DNA from: Geosiphon pyriformis uo1
Lineage: Eukaryota; Fungi; Glomeromycota
NCBI GenBank assembly: GCA_016748015.1
Contig: JAAOMT010000697.1
Location: 1,247,308 to 1,311,307, forward strand
Reading direction: 5' to 3'
Length of the DNA: 64,000 bases
Each line of letters begins with the position of its first letter. Within the stretch, counting starts at the first letter, position 1. The position numbers and the translations under genes were made by a program. The notes below the pieces were generated by a model. The model searched no databases, was not told where the DNA came from, and was given only the letters and a program-made list of their open reading frames with translations. This document shows positions 27,700-41,927 of this stretch, in pieces.

Positions 27700-28032
27700 T
27701 CTTAAAAATTGTATTTGGTAAATTATTATTCACAGTCAACCTAAATTTATAGAATTATTGAATATCTAGCATCTAAGATTTGTAATGAGGCTCTTATACT
27801 AAAAAAAAAAATATCTATGGTTTTGTCATCATTTGCCAGAAAACTATTTTAGATGTGATTAGTGGAAAGCATTTTGTAATAGAAAAGTATACATCTCAAA
27901 AAAAATTAGCAGATGCAAAGTAAACAAATCTGTTTATAAAAAAAGAAAAAATACAAGATGCTAGCATGTTATAATATGGCAAGATATAAAATTCAATAAT
28001 CTCAAAATTTGGATTTTCTACAAATGGTAAGT
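27700..28032 (+). pseudogene. Fragment of an A-type kinase C-terminus (fifth family member)
   Basis: FLKIVFG, IIEYLASKIC...YTKKKNIYGFVII, KIQDA, and GATTTTCTACAAATG|GTAAGT identical to the donor site of copy A2 (minus, ~47838-47858). Confidence 0.7.
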
Positions 28033-30289
28033 CTTTTATTTATTATATTCAAAAAGCTTTTAATCTAAAAATTTTTATTAATAATATGAAAATTAAAAAT
28101 TGAGGGAGGAATCAGTTCTTTAAAATATAATATATTAGCATATATCTAATTTCATCTTTAAATCTCTTTTAAGAGAAGCTTTTTGAATAAAAGTTATTAA
28201 ATATAAGGCATTTGCTTATCAATTTTATTTATGTACAAACACGTTTTGAAAACTTTATTCTTTTAAAACATTATTTATACATATTTTTAATATCTACCTA
28301 AATTAACATTTCAATTGATCAAGCTTATTTAAACTTAAAATAATTTTTTTTCTTTTGGTTTAATACATTAAATTTTATATTTTATATTTTACATTTTATA
28401 AATGAGTACATTTTAATAAAATTGTAGTTTTTAAATATAAGCTAAATATTGAAAGTATACAATTAAATTTATTTTTTGATTTGTTTCTATTTTATTTTTT
28501 AATAAAAAAACACATCAAATTAATATTAATATAGAGAATTTATGTATGTATTACAATAACTTTACTTTTATTTTTAATTAATTTTTTAATAATATTATAT
28601 ATATAAACTATTATAAACAAATTTTAATTTATATAAATATTAATAAAAATTTTTATAACTAACAAATTTTAATTTATAATATTTTGAAATATTAAAATTT
28701 TGTTACTATAATAAATTATTATTATAAATTGATTTATAATATTGAATTCTAATTGTAATAACCAATTAAAAAACTGAATTTTGATATGACACAAATAAAT
28801 TATTAATACTTTTTCGAAAAAACAATTGCTTGAAAAAAATAATTGCTAATCAATTTTGTTTTTAATTATTTTTTATTTTCTTCTATTGTGATATTCATCT
28901 AAATTTTTGAAAAGCTTAAATAATTAACAAGGTAGAATAATTTTTTTAAATAATCAAGTTAACCTTAAAGATTCTAATTCCTTTTCTCAACTCCACTACA
29001 TTTGATAAAAATGCCTTTGATTGCTTACTGGTCAAGTAACCAAGAGTTTTATTTTTTTTAACATATGCTAGATCTTCTCTCCAAATCAAGTTAAGCAAAG
29101 TTTAAAAATGAAATAATATTATAGCTTTCTAATTAATTTAAAAATAAAAAAAATAACTGTATAATTTTTAATTAATTACAATGCTTAAAAATTATGTCAT
29201 AATTTATTGGATCTTATTTTAAAAAATTGAAAGAGAACCAAGTTTATTTATATTTTTATTTAGAAAGTCTCAAATAATAGAGCCTATAACTTTTTCGATT
29301 ATGACAGTTGGATTTTATTCTATTTTAAATATTACAAGTAGAGAAAAATTAAAATTACAATGCATAGGTGCTAAGAAACTCAAGTTAATTATCTTTCTAA
29401 AACGAATAATTATTAGTAAATTTTGACATTTTTTTTAATAATTAAATCTTCTAATTAATATTTTTCTGGTTTTTTCTATCTTTTCGAATAAAAATTTTCC
29501 AATTGAAATTATTATTAATTTTTGGCTATATTAAACAGAACATAAAAATAAAGTTTTCAGTATTAGTCCATTTTAACTGAAAATATTTGAATATAGTTTA
29601 ATTTTATTCTTTTGTAATAATAAGTAAAATTATGTTTATCTTCAGCATTATTAAAAAATTACTTTTCAACAAATAGAGTAAAAAATATATAGAGAAATTT
29701 AAATTTAAAACTGTTTATTTTCATTTTTAAAAACTGATCTTTACAAAATATTAATAAATACTTATTAATTTACATTTCTTATTATATATTAACTATGACT
29801 AATCAGATATTAATATAATTTAATTGCAAAGAATTCAAAAAAAATTTGTCACCACTTTTTTTATCTAATTAATTCTCACATTTTACAGGAGAAATTTGAA
29901 AATCCAAGTATTTTTTTCAAATAAACAGTAAATTTTTTTATATAATATAAAATGCATAAAACATTTATTTAACTAGAAAAAATGTAGTAATAAATTCTTG
30001 ATGCCTTTTCTAACAGTTTGAATAAAACATATTTTTTAATAAAGATTACAAACTTTATTTAAATAAATATTTTTTGAAATATAATATAAGTTTACTATGT
30101 TTATTAAATAATTTTTGTTTATACTTAAACATAATATATTATTTTGTTATTTTAAATATTAAATATTATATTTTTAAAATTTAAATTATTTTCTGTTATT
30201 AATTAAAATTTTGTTAAAAATTTGTTTAATATTACACTAACTTTTTAATAAAAAATTCAAATTTTATAATATATCTTTTTTTATTATAT

Positions 30290-30650
30290 AATAACGAAAG
30301 CTTATGCTTAATTATATGTGATTAGCCACCCAAGCCAGCCATACTCTGAAGACTGACACAAATCCGAGATTAAAAACAAGCCCTTAACAAAACTAAAATT
30401 CAGATTAATTTTTTTGACAAAACCAATCTTATAAATTGCTATATCATTAAGCAAAAAAACCGAATCTCTAACATCAGAAATTACAAAACCAGTATCATTA
30501 ATTAGACCCCTTTGCTTACACTTTGCCAGATCAGATCTCTATGGGCCATGACCTAACTTTAAACAAGATCAATAATATGTAAAGCAGCAACATCAACTTG
30601 ACCAAACTTATAAACAGATTCAGAAAACCAATCTGCAAATAAATTGTTTT
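30290..30650 (-). mobile_element. 5'-truncated 3' fragment of a divergent LINE subfamily
   Basis: Minus strand reads FADWFSESV...HRDLIW...KQRGLI, matching copy-1 FKDWFNKSV...EKKGLI. It is followed by the shared 3' UTR motif GGCTTGGGTGGCTAATCACAT. Confidence 0.75.
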
Positions 30651-32498
30651 AATTAACAATATTTTCAATAATCTTCAAGTTTTGAGAACATTTATTAGTT
30701 AAATTTGAATTACAAAATTTATTTTTTGAAATGCAAACTGAAGTTTAGAGAAAACAGATAGTTATAAAAAAATTTTTAATTACATTTTTTTGAATATTTG
30801 GAAATTTAATTTTCAATAAAAATAATAGAACAAAATTGGGTATTTCGAGTTTATTAGAAAAAAAAACTCTATTTTAAAAAATACTGCATAGAAAACATCT
30901 ATTTTATTCAAAATTACTTTATCGAATATTAATTTTAGTGTATTTTTATTTCACTCTGTGTAAAAAACCAAACATTATCTAATATTTATCATTTTAATTA
31001 GTGAGATAAAACATGATCATATATTATAATTTTATTATCTGATATAAAATAGACTATAAAATATTCTGCCAATGAAAATTTTCAAAATAAAATTTTACTT
31101 TTTAAAAAATATATGATTAAATTAAATAAAATTAAATTTAGTTATTTTTGATATAAAAAATTTCATATTCCTTGACAAAAAAATTTATTTGCTGATATTT
31201 TAAGCCAAGCAATATAACAGGTTTATAATCTATTTTTCTAAACAACAGCATTCTGGGAGAATTTTAAAATTTGCCAGACAATAAGATATTTCTCCAAAAG
31301 AGAGTCTACAATCTTGTTCATTATAAGTTCTATTTTTACCAACAAAATTGCTAAGTTTAGCATTTTTAGCTTTGTTATCTCTAAGAAAAACTTTTTTTTC
31401 CATCCAACTAATTATCTCTAAAGTCTCATAATTGTAAATTATATCTGTCAATGAGCTAACCAGCTTTTTTTACTTTAATTCTGCTTATTGTTCCTTTATT
31501 ATCACATAATTAATAAAAATTAGCTAGGGTAAATCTGGTTTGATTGTATTGAAGTAACAATTTAAACTTATTTCCAAGTTGATATTCAAAAGAAATATTT
31601 TTGGCTTTTTTTTAAATTCAATTATCTAGCTGTTTTATATTATGCAATTAAAAAGACTTTGAATTAATATATAATTATAATGGCTGAATATTTATAGACT
31701 TTTGATAACTACCTAATATAAAATAATGATGTTAAATATTTTATATAAAATTTCAAATAAAATTCTTGCAAATGTATTTAAATCATGCCAATAATTTGTG
31801 AATACTATCAATAGAGTGTAATCTGACAAGAATTTGAACAAATATATCATTAAGATATAAGATTTTCGAAATCTTATAATAATCAATAAAAAACTTACTA
31901 ATTAGTATTATTATCAGCATTTATTCAATTTATGTTAAGAATTTTTTATAAATTGCAGCTACTTAATTAATTAGCAAAGCAATTAATGGTCTAAATTGGT
32001 TATTAAAATAAATTAATAATTAATTAAAAAAACTAATATATATCTTAACTCATATATATCAAACAATGTTTTAGTTTTTATTATAATTGCACTTTTAACA
32101 ATGGTGAGTCCAACACTTTTTTACAACCTAGTAATTTATACCAAAAAAAAAAGACTATCACTTGGTATTTGTAGTAAATTTTTAAGAACAGTTCTTATAA
32201 AAGCATTGTATATTTGGTTTTTTAATTGATCAAAAATCATGCAAAATTTTAAAGTTAGTAAAACATAAATTGTAATTGATGAGAAAATAATAAACAAAAT
32301 TATTAGAATTACTTTTCAAGTATCAATTATAAGTAATTAAGAAAAAGATTTATATGGTCAATTCTCAAGAGCAATTTTTATAAAAGTATTTTATATTTGG
32401 TTTTCTAATCAATTAAAAATCAAACAAGATTTTCAAATTAGTGAGGCTTCAATTATAATTAATAAGAATTGAAAAACAAAATTATTAGGATCACTTTC

Positions 32499-34393
32499 TA
32501 AGCACTGGTCATAAATAATAAACAAAATACAGAAATCCATATGGATACAGAATAGTATTGAGTTATTTTAGTATTGAGCATGCCAATATAGAAATACAGC
32601 AAGCACTAAAACGTTCTATAAAATACTAATAAGTCTTTTTTCAAGCATTAACCATAAGTATCTATAGAATAAAAACTTATATAAAAGTAGAATAACATTA
32701 AGTTATTCTAGTAAAAAGTGTCTTAATATAAAATACAACAAATATTATTAGGTGTTAAAAAGTCTCTTTTCAAGCATTAATCATAGATATCTATAGAATA
32801 AAAACTTGTATAAAAGTAGGATAACATCAAATTATTTTGGTAAAAAGTATGCTAACATAGAATACAACAAGTGCTAAAATGTTCTATTAGATGCTAAAAA
32901 GTTTTTTTTTAAGCATTGGTTATAAATATTTATAGAATAGAGACTTGTATGAGAGTAGAATAATATTAAGTTATTCTAGTAAAAAGCATTTTAGCATAAA
33001 ATACAGTAAGTAATATCAAGTGTTAAGAAGTCTTTTTTTAAGCATTGACTATAGGTATTTATAAAATAGAGACTTATATAAAAGTAAAATAATATCAAGT
33101 TATTCTAGTAAAAAATGTCCTAATATAGAATACAGCAAACACTAAAATGTCCTATTAGATACTAAAAAGTTTTTTCTAAGCATTGGCTATAAATATCTAT
33201 AGAATAAAAATTTATATAGAGGTAAAATAACATGAAGTTATTCTGGTAAAAAGCACTTTAGCATAAAAAACAGCAAGTATTCAAACATCTTGTCAAGTGT
33301 TAACAAGTTTTTTTTCAAACATTAGTCATAGGTATCTATAAAATAGAAACTTGTATAGGAATAAAATAATATCAAATATTCTGATAAAGAGTGTTTTAGC
33401 ATAAAATACAGCAAGTACTATCAGGTGCTAAGAAGTTTCTTTTCAAACATTGATTATAGGTATTCATAAAATAGAGCCTTATATAGAGATAGGATAATAT
33501 TGAGTTATTCTGGTAAAGAGTGCACTAACATAAAATACAGTAAGCACTAAAATGTCTTATCAGATATTAAGGAGTCTTTTTTTAAGCATTAATCATAGAT
33601 ATTTATAGAATGAAAACTTATATAAGGGTAGGATAACATCAAATTATTCTGGTAAAAAGTGCTTTAGCATAGAATACAGTAAGCACTAAAATGTTCTGTT
33701 AGGTGTTAAGGAGTTTTTTTTCAAGCATTGGCTATAAATATCTATAGAATAAAGACTTATATAAGAGTAAGATAATATTGAGTTATTTTGGTAAAAAGTG
33801 CTTTAGTATAAAATACAGTAAGTACTATTAGGTATTAAAAATTTTTTTCCAAACATTAGCCATGGATATCCATAGAATAAAAACTTATATAAGAATAGAA
33901 TAATATCAAGTTATTCTAATAAAAAGCATGTTAATATAGAATACAACAAGTACTAAAATGTTCTATTAAATGCTAAGAAATTTTTTTTCAAGTATTAGTT
34001 ATAGGTATCTATAGAATAAAAACTTATATAGAGATAAAATAATATTAAATTATTCTGGTAAAGAGTGCTTTAACATAAAACAAAGCAAATGTTGAAATGT
34101 TTTATTAAGTGTTAACAAATCTATTTTTAAACATTAGTCATAAGTATTTATAAAATAGAAACTTATATGAGAATAGAATAACATCAAATTATTTTGATAA
34201 AAAGAGCTTTAGCATACAATACAGCAAATACTATCAGGTGCTAAAAAATCTCTTTTCAAGCATTGGCTATAGATATTTATAGAATAAAAACTTATATAAA
34301 AGTAGAATAATATTAAGTTATTTTGGTAAAAAGCACATTAGTATAGAATATAGCAAGCACTAAAAGTCTTGTCAGGTGCTAAGAAGTTTTTCT
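32499..34393. repeat. Satellite array of 14 units (129-bp and 139-bp variants) with an S-L-L higher-order period
   Basis: The (C/T)AAGCATT anchor occurs at 32499, 32642, 32771, 32910, 33039, 33177, 33316, 33444, 33583, 33722, 33850, 33989, 34128 and 34257. Long units carry a 10-bp insert (AAAATGTCCT-like). Preceded by two ~180-bp related units (~32190-32540). Confidence 0.93.
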
Positions 34394-37300
34394 TTAATTT
34401 TTTAGACCAAAAAGTCTTATTTTCTTTAAAAAATCTGGATAATAAAAAATAATATAAAAAAAATAAAACAACAATAGTAAAAATTAATTTATATTAGATA
34501 TAATATTGTCTAATTACTTAAATATTAAAATCAACTGTAAATAAATATACAAAAACTGTCTAATATAAATAGAGTTTTTTTCATCTTATATATAAAAATT
34601 CTGAATATATACTTACAAAAGCTTAAAGATTTCTTTTAAATAAAAAAATTCAAAGGCTAAGAAGAAAAGTTTATTATATAAGATAAATTTTTATTCACAG
34701 TTTGATTATAATATGTTAAAAATAAACTATAATTAAAGTGACTTATTTAATAACAATAAAATTGTATCATCTGCATTATTCTCCTATTTTTACATAATTG
34801 TAGTTAAAAAAACATATTAAGTACTGAGATATATCTTTTTAAGTCTTGAGTTTTTTAGCAAAACACATTTTTTTAAAGACTTTTGCAGTAGTTAGAAAAT
34901 GTTGTACTCATAATCTACACAATTTTTTATTGTTTATCAAAGACATAGATTAACAAATTTTTGTTATCATAAAATTATAGTCAAGATTATCTTAATATTC
35001 AATATAACAACAAAAGTATTAGAGAAATTTTTTCTCATAGTTATAAAATTCTATTAATTCCTTATGCATAATTCTACAAACAAAGCTATTTGAACAGTCT
35101 ATCTGTATTAAAGTCTAAAAAAAGTTAGCATTTTATTACACAATAATTAGTACTTACTGCCATAAATTATTCTAACAATTCACATTCTCTGAATTTTAAT
35201 TAACTTTTTTATTAAATTTACCAACATTTTTAAAAATTTTGAATCCTTTTATTTTAAAAAATTTAGTGTTAAAAGGATTAATTCATATTTCTGAAATTTT
35301 AATCAACATTATACTTATTTAATTTATATTTTTAATGTTTCTTAATATTCAAATATTATAGCAGTCTGATTGTAATAATTATATATTAAATGCTATATAT
35401 TTTTACAAAAAACAGTAAAAATATTACAATTTTTTCTATTTGATAAATAAAAAAGTCAAGCTGTTAAAAATTTTAAGGACATATATTACGTATATTACAA
35501 ATTTTATATAAACTAAATTACAGTATGATTCTTATTTGTATTTTTATTATTCTCTGTATTAATTTATCTTAATATTTTCTATTTTAATTTTAATGTTAAA
35601 CTGGCTTAAATATATTATAGCTTTATTAAAAAACTACAAAAAGCTAAATTAAAAAACTTAAATAAATTTTGTAAATCTGCAAAGCTAAAATAGTTTTTTA
35701 TATTCATATAAAAAATATACTGTGTTATAAATAAAGCTTAATATAATTATTAATAAGTTTTTTGATAATTATAACTAAATATTTTTACTGTTGAATTTAT
35801 TTTTTTTATTGTTTAAGAAAAAATTCTAAACTTTAAATCTTAAATAATTTATAAAAGTGCTATAAATAAAAAAGTTTTGTTTTTTATTTAAAAAATATAT
35901 TTTATTAATTTTTATTGAATTATATTTATTTTTTATATATTTAAAACAATTAATAATCAACTATCTAAATTTTTTGTCTTGAAAAAAAAAATTATTTTCA
36001 AATATAAGAATATAAAAACATAATCTTTATAATTATATTAACTACAAATAAAAAATACTATTTAAAATTTTTTTATTAAAATAATACTTAGAAAATAAAA
36101 TATTCAAAAATTATACTTGGATAAAATAAAAAAAAGTTAAAAAAGTATTTTACTTTTAATTTTATGTAAATTATTAACTTGTTTTTTTTACCTAAAAAAT
36201 TTTAAAACTTTAAACTTTTAAAGTCATTTTTAAAAGTGCTTTGCATAAAGAAATATTTTTGTTAATTGTTTATTAATTTAATTGATTTTTTTTATATTTA
36301 AATATTGATTTTAGATTTTTAATATTTATATTAATAAGTATTCAAACAGTCGAAACTAATTATATTAAAAAAGTTATTTTTAAAAATAAAAAACAAAGAG
36401 TAATATTTAAAATTATATATATACTATAAACAAAACATATCAATTATAATTTTTATTAAATTAATACAGTTTTTATCAGAATTATATTAATAATTAATTC
36501 TATATTTGAAATATAGACATATAGTCATATACTATTTTGATTTTTTTTTTAAAAAAAATTAATATAAACAAAACATATTATAAAAGCAAATAGTAGTAAT
36601 TAATTTCAAATAACTTTTTTTATTAAAGTTTTATTTTGCTTTTTTTCTGCTTATTTTAATTATATTTACTGTTAAATTCATTTATTTTTTTAAAATAATT
36701 TATTAAAAATTTATAATAATAAAATAAAATAAAATAAATATGTTAAAAAAACATGTTTAAATATAATAATTTGTCACAGAAAAAAGATTTAATTGTCCAA
36801 TTTTATATAAAAAGTAAAATATAAAAAAAAAGAGTTTAATAATAAATAATAAGTTTAGAATAGTTAATATATAGGGTTTGTTTTTTGTATATTTTAGAAT
36901 AATTATATAAAAAAACAGGTTTGTTAAAAGTGTTTTGGTAAATTTTGATTTTAGTAGAAGTATTAATTTTATCTTTAATATTTTTTGTTATTGTTATCAG
37001 CTAAAATTTAAGCCATAATTACTGTTAATAATAATAAAAATTTAACCCAGACTTATAGTTATTACAAACCAGACTATTAAACCAAAATTATAATTATCTC
37101 TAATCAAAATTTAGACCAAAAGATTGCTTTAATTTTTAATATAACAGATTATTTATTAGAATTCCCAATTATTTAAATTTTTATTGAAGGGTAAATATTA
37201 ATTCTGCAATAAATTTTTATTGACAGGCAATGTAAGATTATTATAGAGAAATTAGTTGCTATTTTTATAAAAAAATGTCTTACTTTAAGCTGCTGTTTCC

Positions 37301-39165
37301 GAAATTTTAATGGAAAAATTTGATTTCTTTGAAAGATTTGTATAGGTTGAAAGAAGCTTCATAAAAAGTCCAAATTTCTTGGGTTTTTATTTATGAGAAA
37401 TATTATACATAAAAATTTTGGAAACTCTTAATCTCTTAATCCATTGAGCAAATCCATTTGAGTCAATGGTTAATAACTCATTCAAAAATTCCTCCACCAT
37501 TTGTAAAAATATCCTCATTCTCATTGCCTGGATTTAATCTATAGTCGAATATGGTTTGAATTGATGAAGATTCATTAGTGTTAGTGTCAAATTATCGAGT
37601 TAATATTCTAGATCTAAATTATTTTCAGCATTCATAGTATATTAATTGAAATAATATATTTATCTAAAAAAAATTCATAAAATGAGAGAAATTTTATTTT
37701 TACACAAAAATCAATATAAAATAATGAATTGAAATCTAATTTTAATGAAACTTTCAAGATTCTTTTTTCAAAAAAATCTTCCAAACAATAATCAAGCTTT
37801 AAATTTAATATCTAGAAATTTCATGCAAAGCTTGCAATTAATCCATAATTAAAAAGTAATATATATTAGTTTATTATTTCATCCCAATATAAATATTAAA
37901 AGAGAATATAATAAGTGTCATCATTACAATCTGATCACGAAATAACGATAACACCCGATACCACTCCTTTATTATCTATGGTAAAAAGACAGAATTTTAC
38001 AACCTTTATATAGTCCTTTAAAACCCAATTTTTAGAGAAGCAATATAAAATCCAGACTTTTAAAGTGCAGAATAGTTATATGTTCATTAGCTAAAATATT
38101 TTATAGCTTAAAGTTATTGGAAAACATTTAAATAAAAGCATACTAAAATTTTCACAAATTAGCATGATCATTTTATAAAAGGATATTTAATAAAATGGTT
38201 TTTTAAAACTTGTCACAGCTTAACACACTAAATTTATTCTTAAAAAACTTTGGTTTATAAAAGTTATTATTATTGTTATAAATATTTAAATAAAATAAAT
38301 ATTATTTGCTTGCTAAGTCATATTTGTTTAAACTGATATACTTATCTAATAAAATAAAGAGAGTGTAATGAATATTTCTTTAATTTTAATGAATGTAATT
38401 TTTGACGAAAATAAATCTGATAAATTGAAAAAGTAATATATATAATTAAATCTTGAATATAGTTAAAAATTCAAAAAAGTTTTTTTTGAAAAAAGTATAA
38501 ATGACCAATTAAATGGTTTCATATATGAGTTTTTTTAGTATTTATTTATTGTAGTTTTACTTAATGTGAAAATTCAAATAAATACTTTAAAAACATATTA
38601 ATAAAAATTTTAAAAATTGTAAACATAAATGTAGTCATAATCCAGTTTAATTACTAATACATAAAACTCCTTTGGTAAAAAAATGTTAAAATATTAAAAA
38701 AAGTTGCAAAATAAGAAATAATTTGGCATTTACTTTACTAGCTTCTGTCTATTTACTTTATAAATTTTTTAAAATATTTAAGAATTTAAATGTATACTAA
38801 ATTATCTAGTATAAATTTTATTGGTTTTTTATAATAAAGTTTTATATTCATGGTTAACAAAAATTTTTATCAACTATATTAAGATAAAGTATTTTATTAA
38901 TTAATAATTTCATATTTAAAATAATTAAAGCATAGTTGTTTTATTTCAATGTACATTTTATTAAAATCTAAATCAGCTGCAACTATAACCTTTGTAAATT
39001 TTAACTAGTATATGTATAATGAAACCTAGCCACTTAAATCAAAATGATTTTCAATATCTATTATAACACTCTCTGTATAACCCCATCATAACGGCGAAAA
39101 TTTTTGCTGTTCTAGTTAAATACTATACATTTGATTTAAAAATCCCGCAACTATTTCATCATAAA

Positions 39166-41160
39166 ATGATGTCTTTAGCTGCCAAGTTACCTTTGCTAAA
39201 AACACCAACGTTACCAGTATCAGTGGTCGAATAGTTTGAAACCTTTATTCATAACAAACAAATCAAATATTTTGAATTCAATAAATTTCATAACAAAAAC
39301 AGCTTGGTGATGAAGCTTTCAGCACTTTAGAGAAGGCAAATTATACTATAGGTGGTATGGATATAATATTCGCATTGAAAAAACTTAAACGAGTCCCAGA
39401 AGATGATAAAACAGAAATAGAAGAATTCATAAAAGAGGTCTGAATGAAAATTTTTTACATGATTAGTAAAGTAAAAATTGCTATATTATTTAGCTAAAAA
39501 ATTTCTAAAAACTTTTAGCTGAAATTCCTGCAAGATATTGATTTTTTCCCTAAATTCAAAAATTTTATGGTCTTAACAAAACTATAGAAGGTATTTATTC
39601 TCAAGGCTCTATGATAAAATTTATTTTACAAATCCTAATCTTACTTTATGAAAATGCTTTAGATAATAATACAAAACATATTTTAGTTTTTGAATACGTT
39701 AAAGGAGGTTCTTTGTGTGATCATCTATCATTAGAGTTTCAAAATATGAATGGAAAAGAAAAGCTTCTGATGGCACAGGAATTAGCAAGGGGAATTCAAT
39801 GTCTTCATAAAAACCAAATGATTCATTAAAATCTTGTAGGTTTTAGACTTTGAGATTTCAAAAGCTATTTAAAAATTAGACTCTACCACTAAATTGTTTA
39901 TTTTTAGAATTCATCAAATATTTTAGTGCATAACAAAACGGTAAAAATATCCGAAAAATCTAAGTGAAATGGCTAGGGTTAGCCAATGAGCTTAAAGGCC
40001 AACCTGCTTACATAGACCCTCAATGTTTTAAAGATGAACAATTTATTCGAAATAAGAAATCAGACATTTATGCTCTGAGCGTCCTCCTATAGGAATTAAC
40101 AAGTGGTCGCTCACCATTCAAAAATACTAAAAAGTGGACACTTATGTGTAAGTAAATTTTAATTTAGCATATTTCTTTAAAAGTTTACTTATATGTAAAA
40201 ACTACCAAATATTATTAGTCCAAATTGCTAATGGTATACGAGAAACTCCTATCGAAAAGACACTAACTGAATATATTGCATTGTATAAAAAGTGTTGGAA
40301 TGAATTACTCAATAAACGGCCTAGCATTAACGAAATGAACGAAAAACTCAAGAGAATTCAATGGAATTCGGAACATGCTTTGAGTTCTCAAACGGGCTAC
40401 GTAGAATTAACACCGCAGTTAACAAGTGAAACCACCTTAGTAAGATCTATGGGTTTGGCTAATACAAGCATCATGGCTCTTTTACAAGATATTTTCACTA
40501 TAATCAACGAAGTCTTAAACATCTATACATATGAAGATATCTCAAAAATAATTCCTCGGGTAGAAAAACACCTTACAAATACTGGGCAAAGTTCGACAGA
40601 TCTTTTCGAATCTGCTTGGTTTTTTTTACCAATTTGGAATTGAGATTGATATCAACTTGGAGCAGGCATTTTTAAAATATCAGAAAAGCGCTTCTCAAAA
40701 AAACCCCTTGGGACAATTTTTCCTTGGAAAATGTTATATTAAGGATACTGGCACTGAAAGAAATAATGCAAAAGCAGTTGAATGGTATACTAAAGCTGCG
40801 TAAAATGGACATTTAGATGTGCAAAATATTCTTGGAGTTTGCTATAAAAATGGGAAAGGAGTAACCAAAGACCTTGCAAAAGTAGTTGAATAGTATAAAA
40901 AAGCAGTGGAAAAAAAACATGTAGATGCACAGTTTAACCTTGCTTCTTGCTATGAAAATGGGAAAGATTTTGCAAGAGCTGTTAAATGGTATAAAAAAAC
41001 AGCGGAAAAAGAACATTTAAGGGCAGATTTTAGCCTTGTTTCTTGTTATGAAAATGGGAAAAGAGTAACCAAAGATCTTTCAAAGGCAGATGAATGGCGT
41101 ACAAAAGCATGGCAACTAAATACAAAAGGAAAGAACGATTTGATGTTTAAACTTTTATAG
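39166..41160 (+). pseudogene. Protein kinase (TKL-like) - Sel1-repeat pseudogene, copy B2, with 4 introns
   Basis: ATG 39166. QLGDEAFS, FALKKLK...EEFIKE|gt, LVFEYVKGGSL, CLHKNQMIH*NL (HRDL), NSSNILVH, PAYIDPQCF, KSDIYAL, CWN...KRPS, then ~4 Sel1 units (AVEWYTKAA, AQFNLASCYENG), ending TAG 41160. The DFG motif is deleted; stops and frameshifts are present. Confidence 0.92.
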
Positions 41161-41891
41161 ACTCTTAATTTCTTAGCAAGAACTATTAATCTTCACTATG
41201 GAATTATAATCTTGCAATATACTAGTTTGAGAATTGGTCGAAAATAATATTCTTTACTGAGATAATCTTTGCATCACAATCAGCTTTAAAGTTATTGAAA
41301 AAGTTTCAATGGAGAACTTTTCTGAGACTTGCTACAACTTGATTTATTGAATTTTTTTTAAACGACTTTGGTTTGCAAAAACTGTCATTGTTGTTATCAA
41401 TTTTTAAAAGTATATGTTTTACATATTAAATTATTTGCCTAGCATAATATATTAATCTAAACGAGAAAAAAGAATATTTTCCTTAGTTTTAATGAGTTTT
41501 ATTTTTAAAAAATTAAATTTTTAGAATGCTGAATTTGATAAACTGTGAAAACTAATAAAAAATAAATCCTTAAATATAGTTGAAATTTAAAAATGCTTTC
41601 TTAAACATGAAAAAAATATATATTTATTTTGTTAAAACAATAATTTGGAACATAAGAAAATATAAATAAATTATTAAATTTCAGTATCTTTTAAATTTAT
41701 AACCAAGCTCTTTCATTCAATGACAAACAGGTTTACTTTTTCTAAACGGCTATCAACAATTATAGACATAATATGGGTATTTAATTTAATAGATAATAAA
41801 ATGCTATAATAGCAAGCTAGAAAAATAATTTCAGCAACAATATTACTAAATTCTGCCTATTTACCTTGCAAATTTTTAGATTATTATCATC

Positions 41892-41894
<3 letters not shown>

Positions 41895-41927
<33 letters not shown>
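41895..41927. repeat. (ATT)11 microsatellite
   Basis: Direct reading of the sequence. Confidence 0.95.

Noticed and set aside
32499-34393. CRISPR array or coding (Sel1-like) repeat
   Set aside because: Whole units repeat with no unique spacers, there are no cas genes, and the context is eukaryotic. The 139-bp units break frame and do not match the 108-nt Sel1 period.
37280-37610. Short minus-strand gene (also ORF 31230-31451)
   Set aside because: Coding-like composition but no recognisable domain or splice structure; the 37.3-kb frame also has internal stops.
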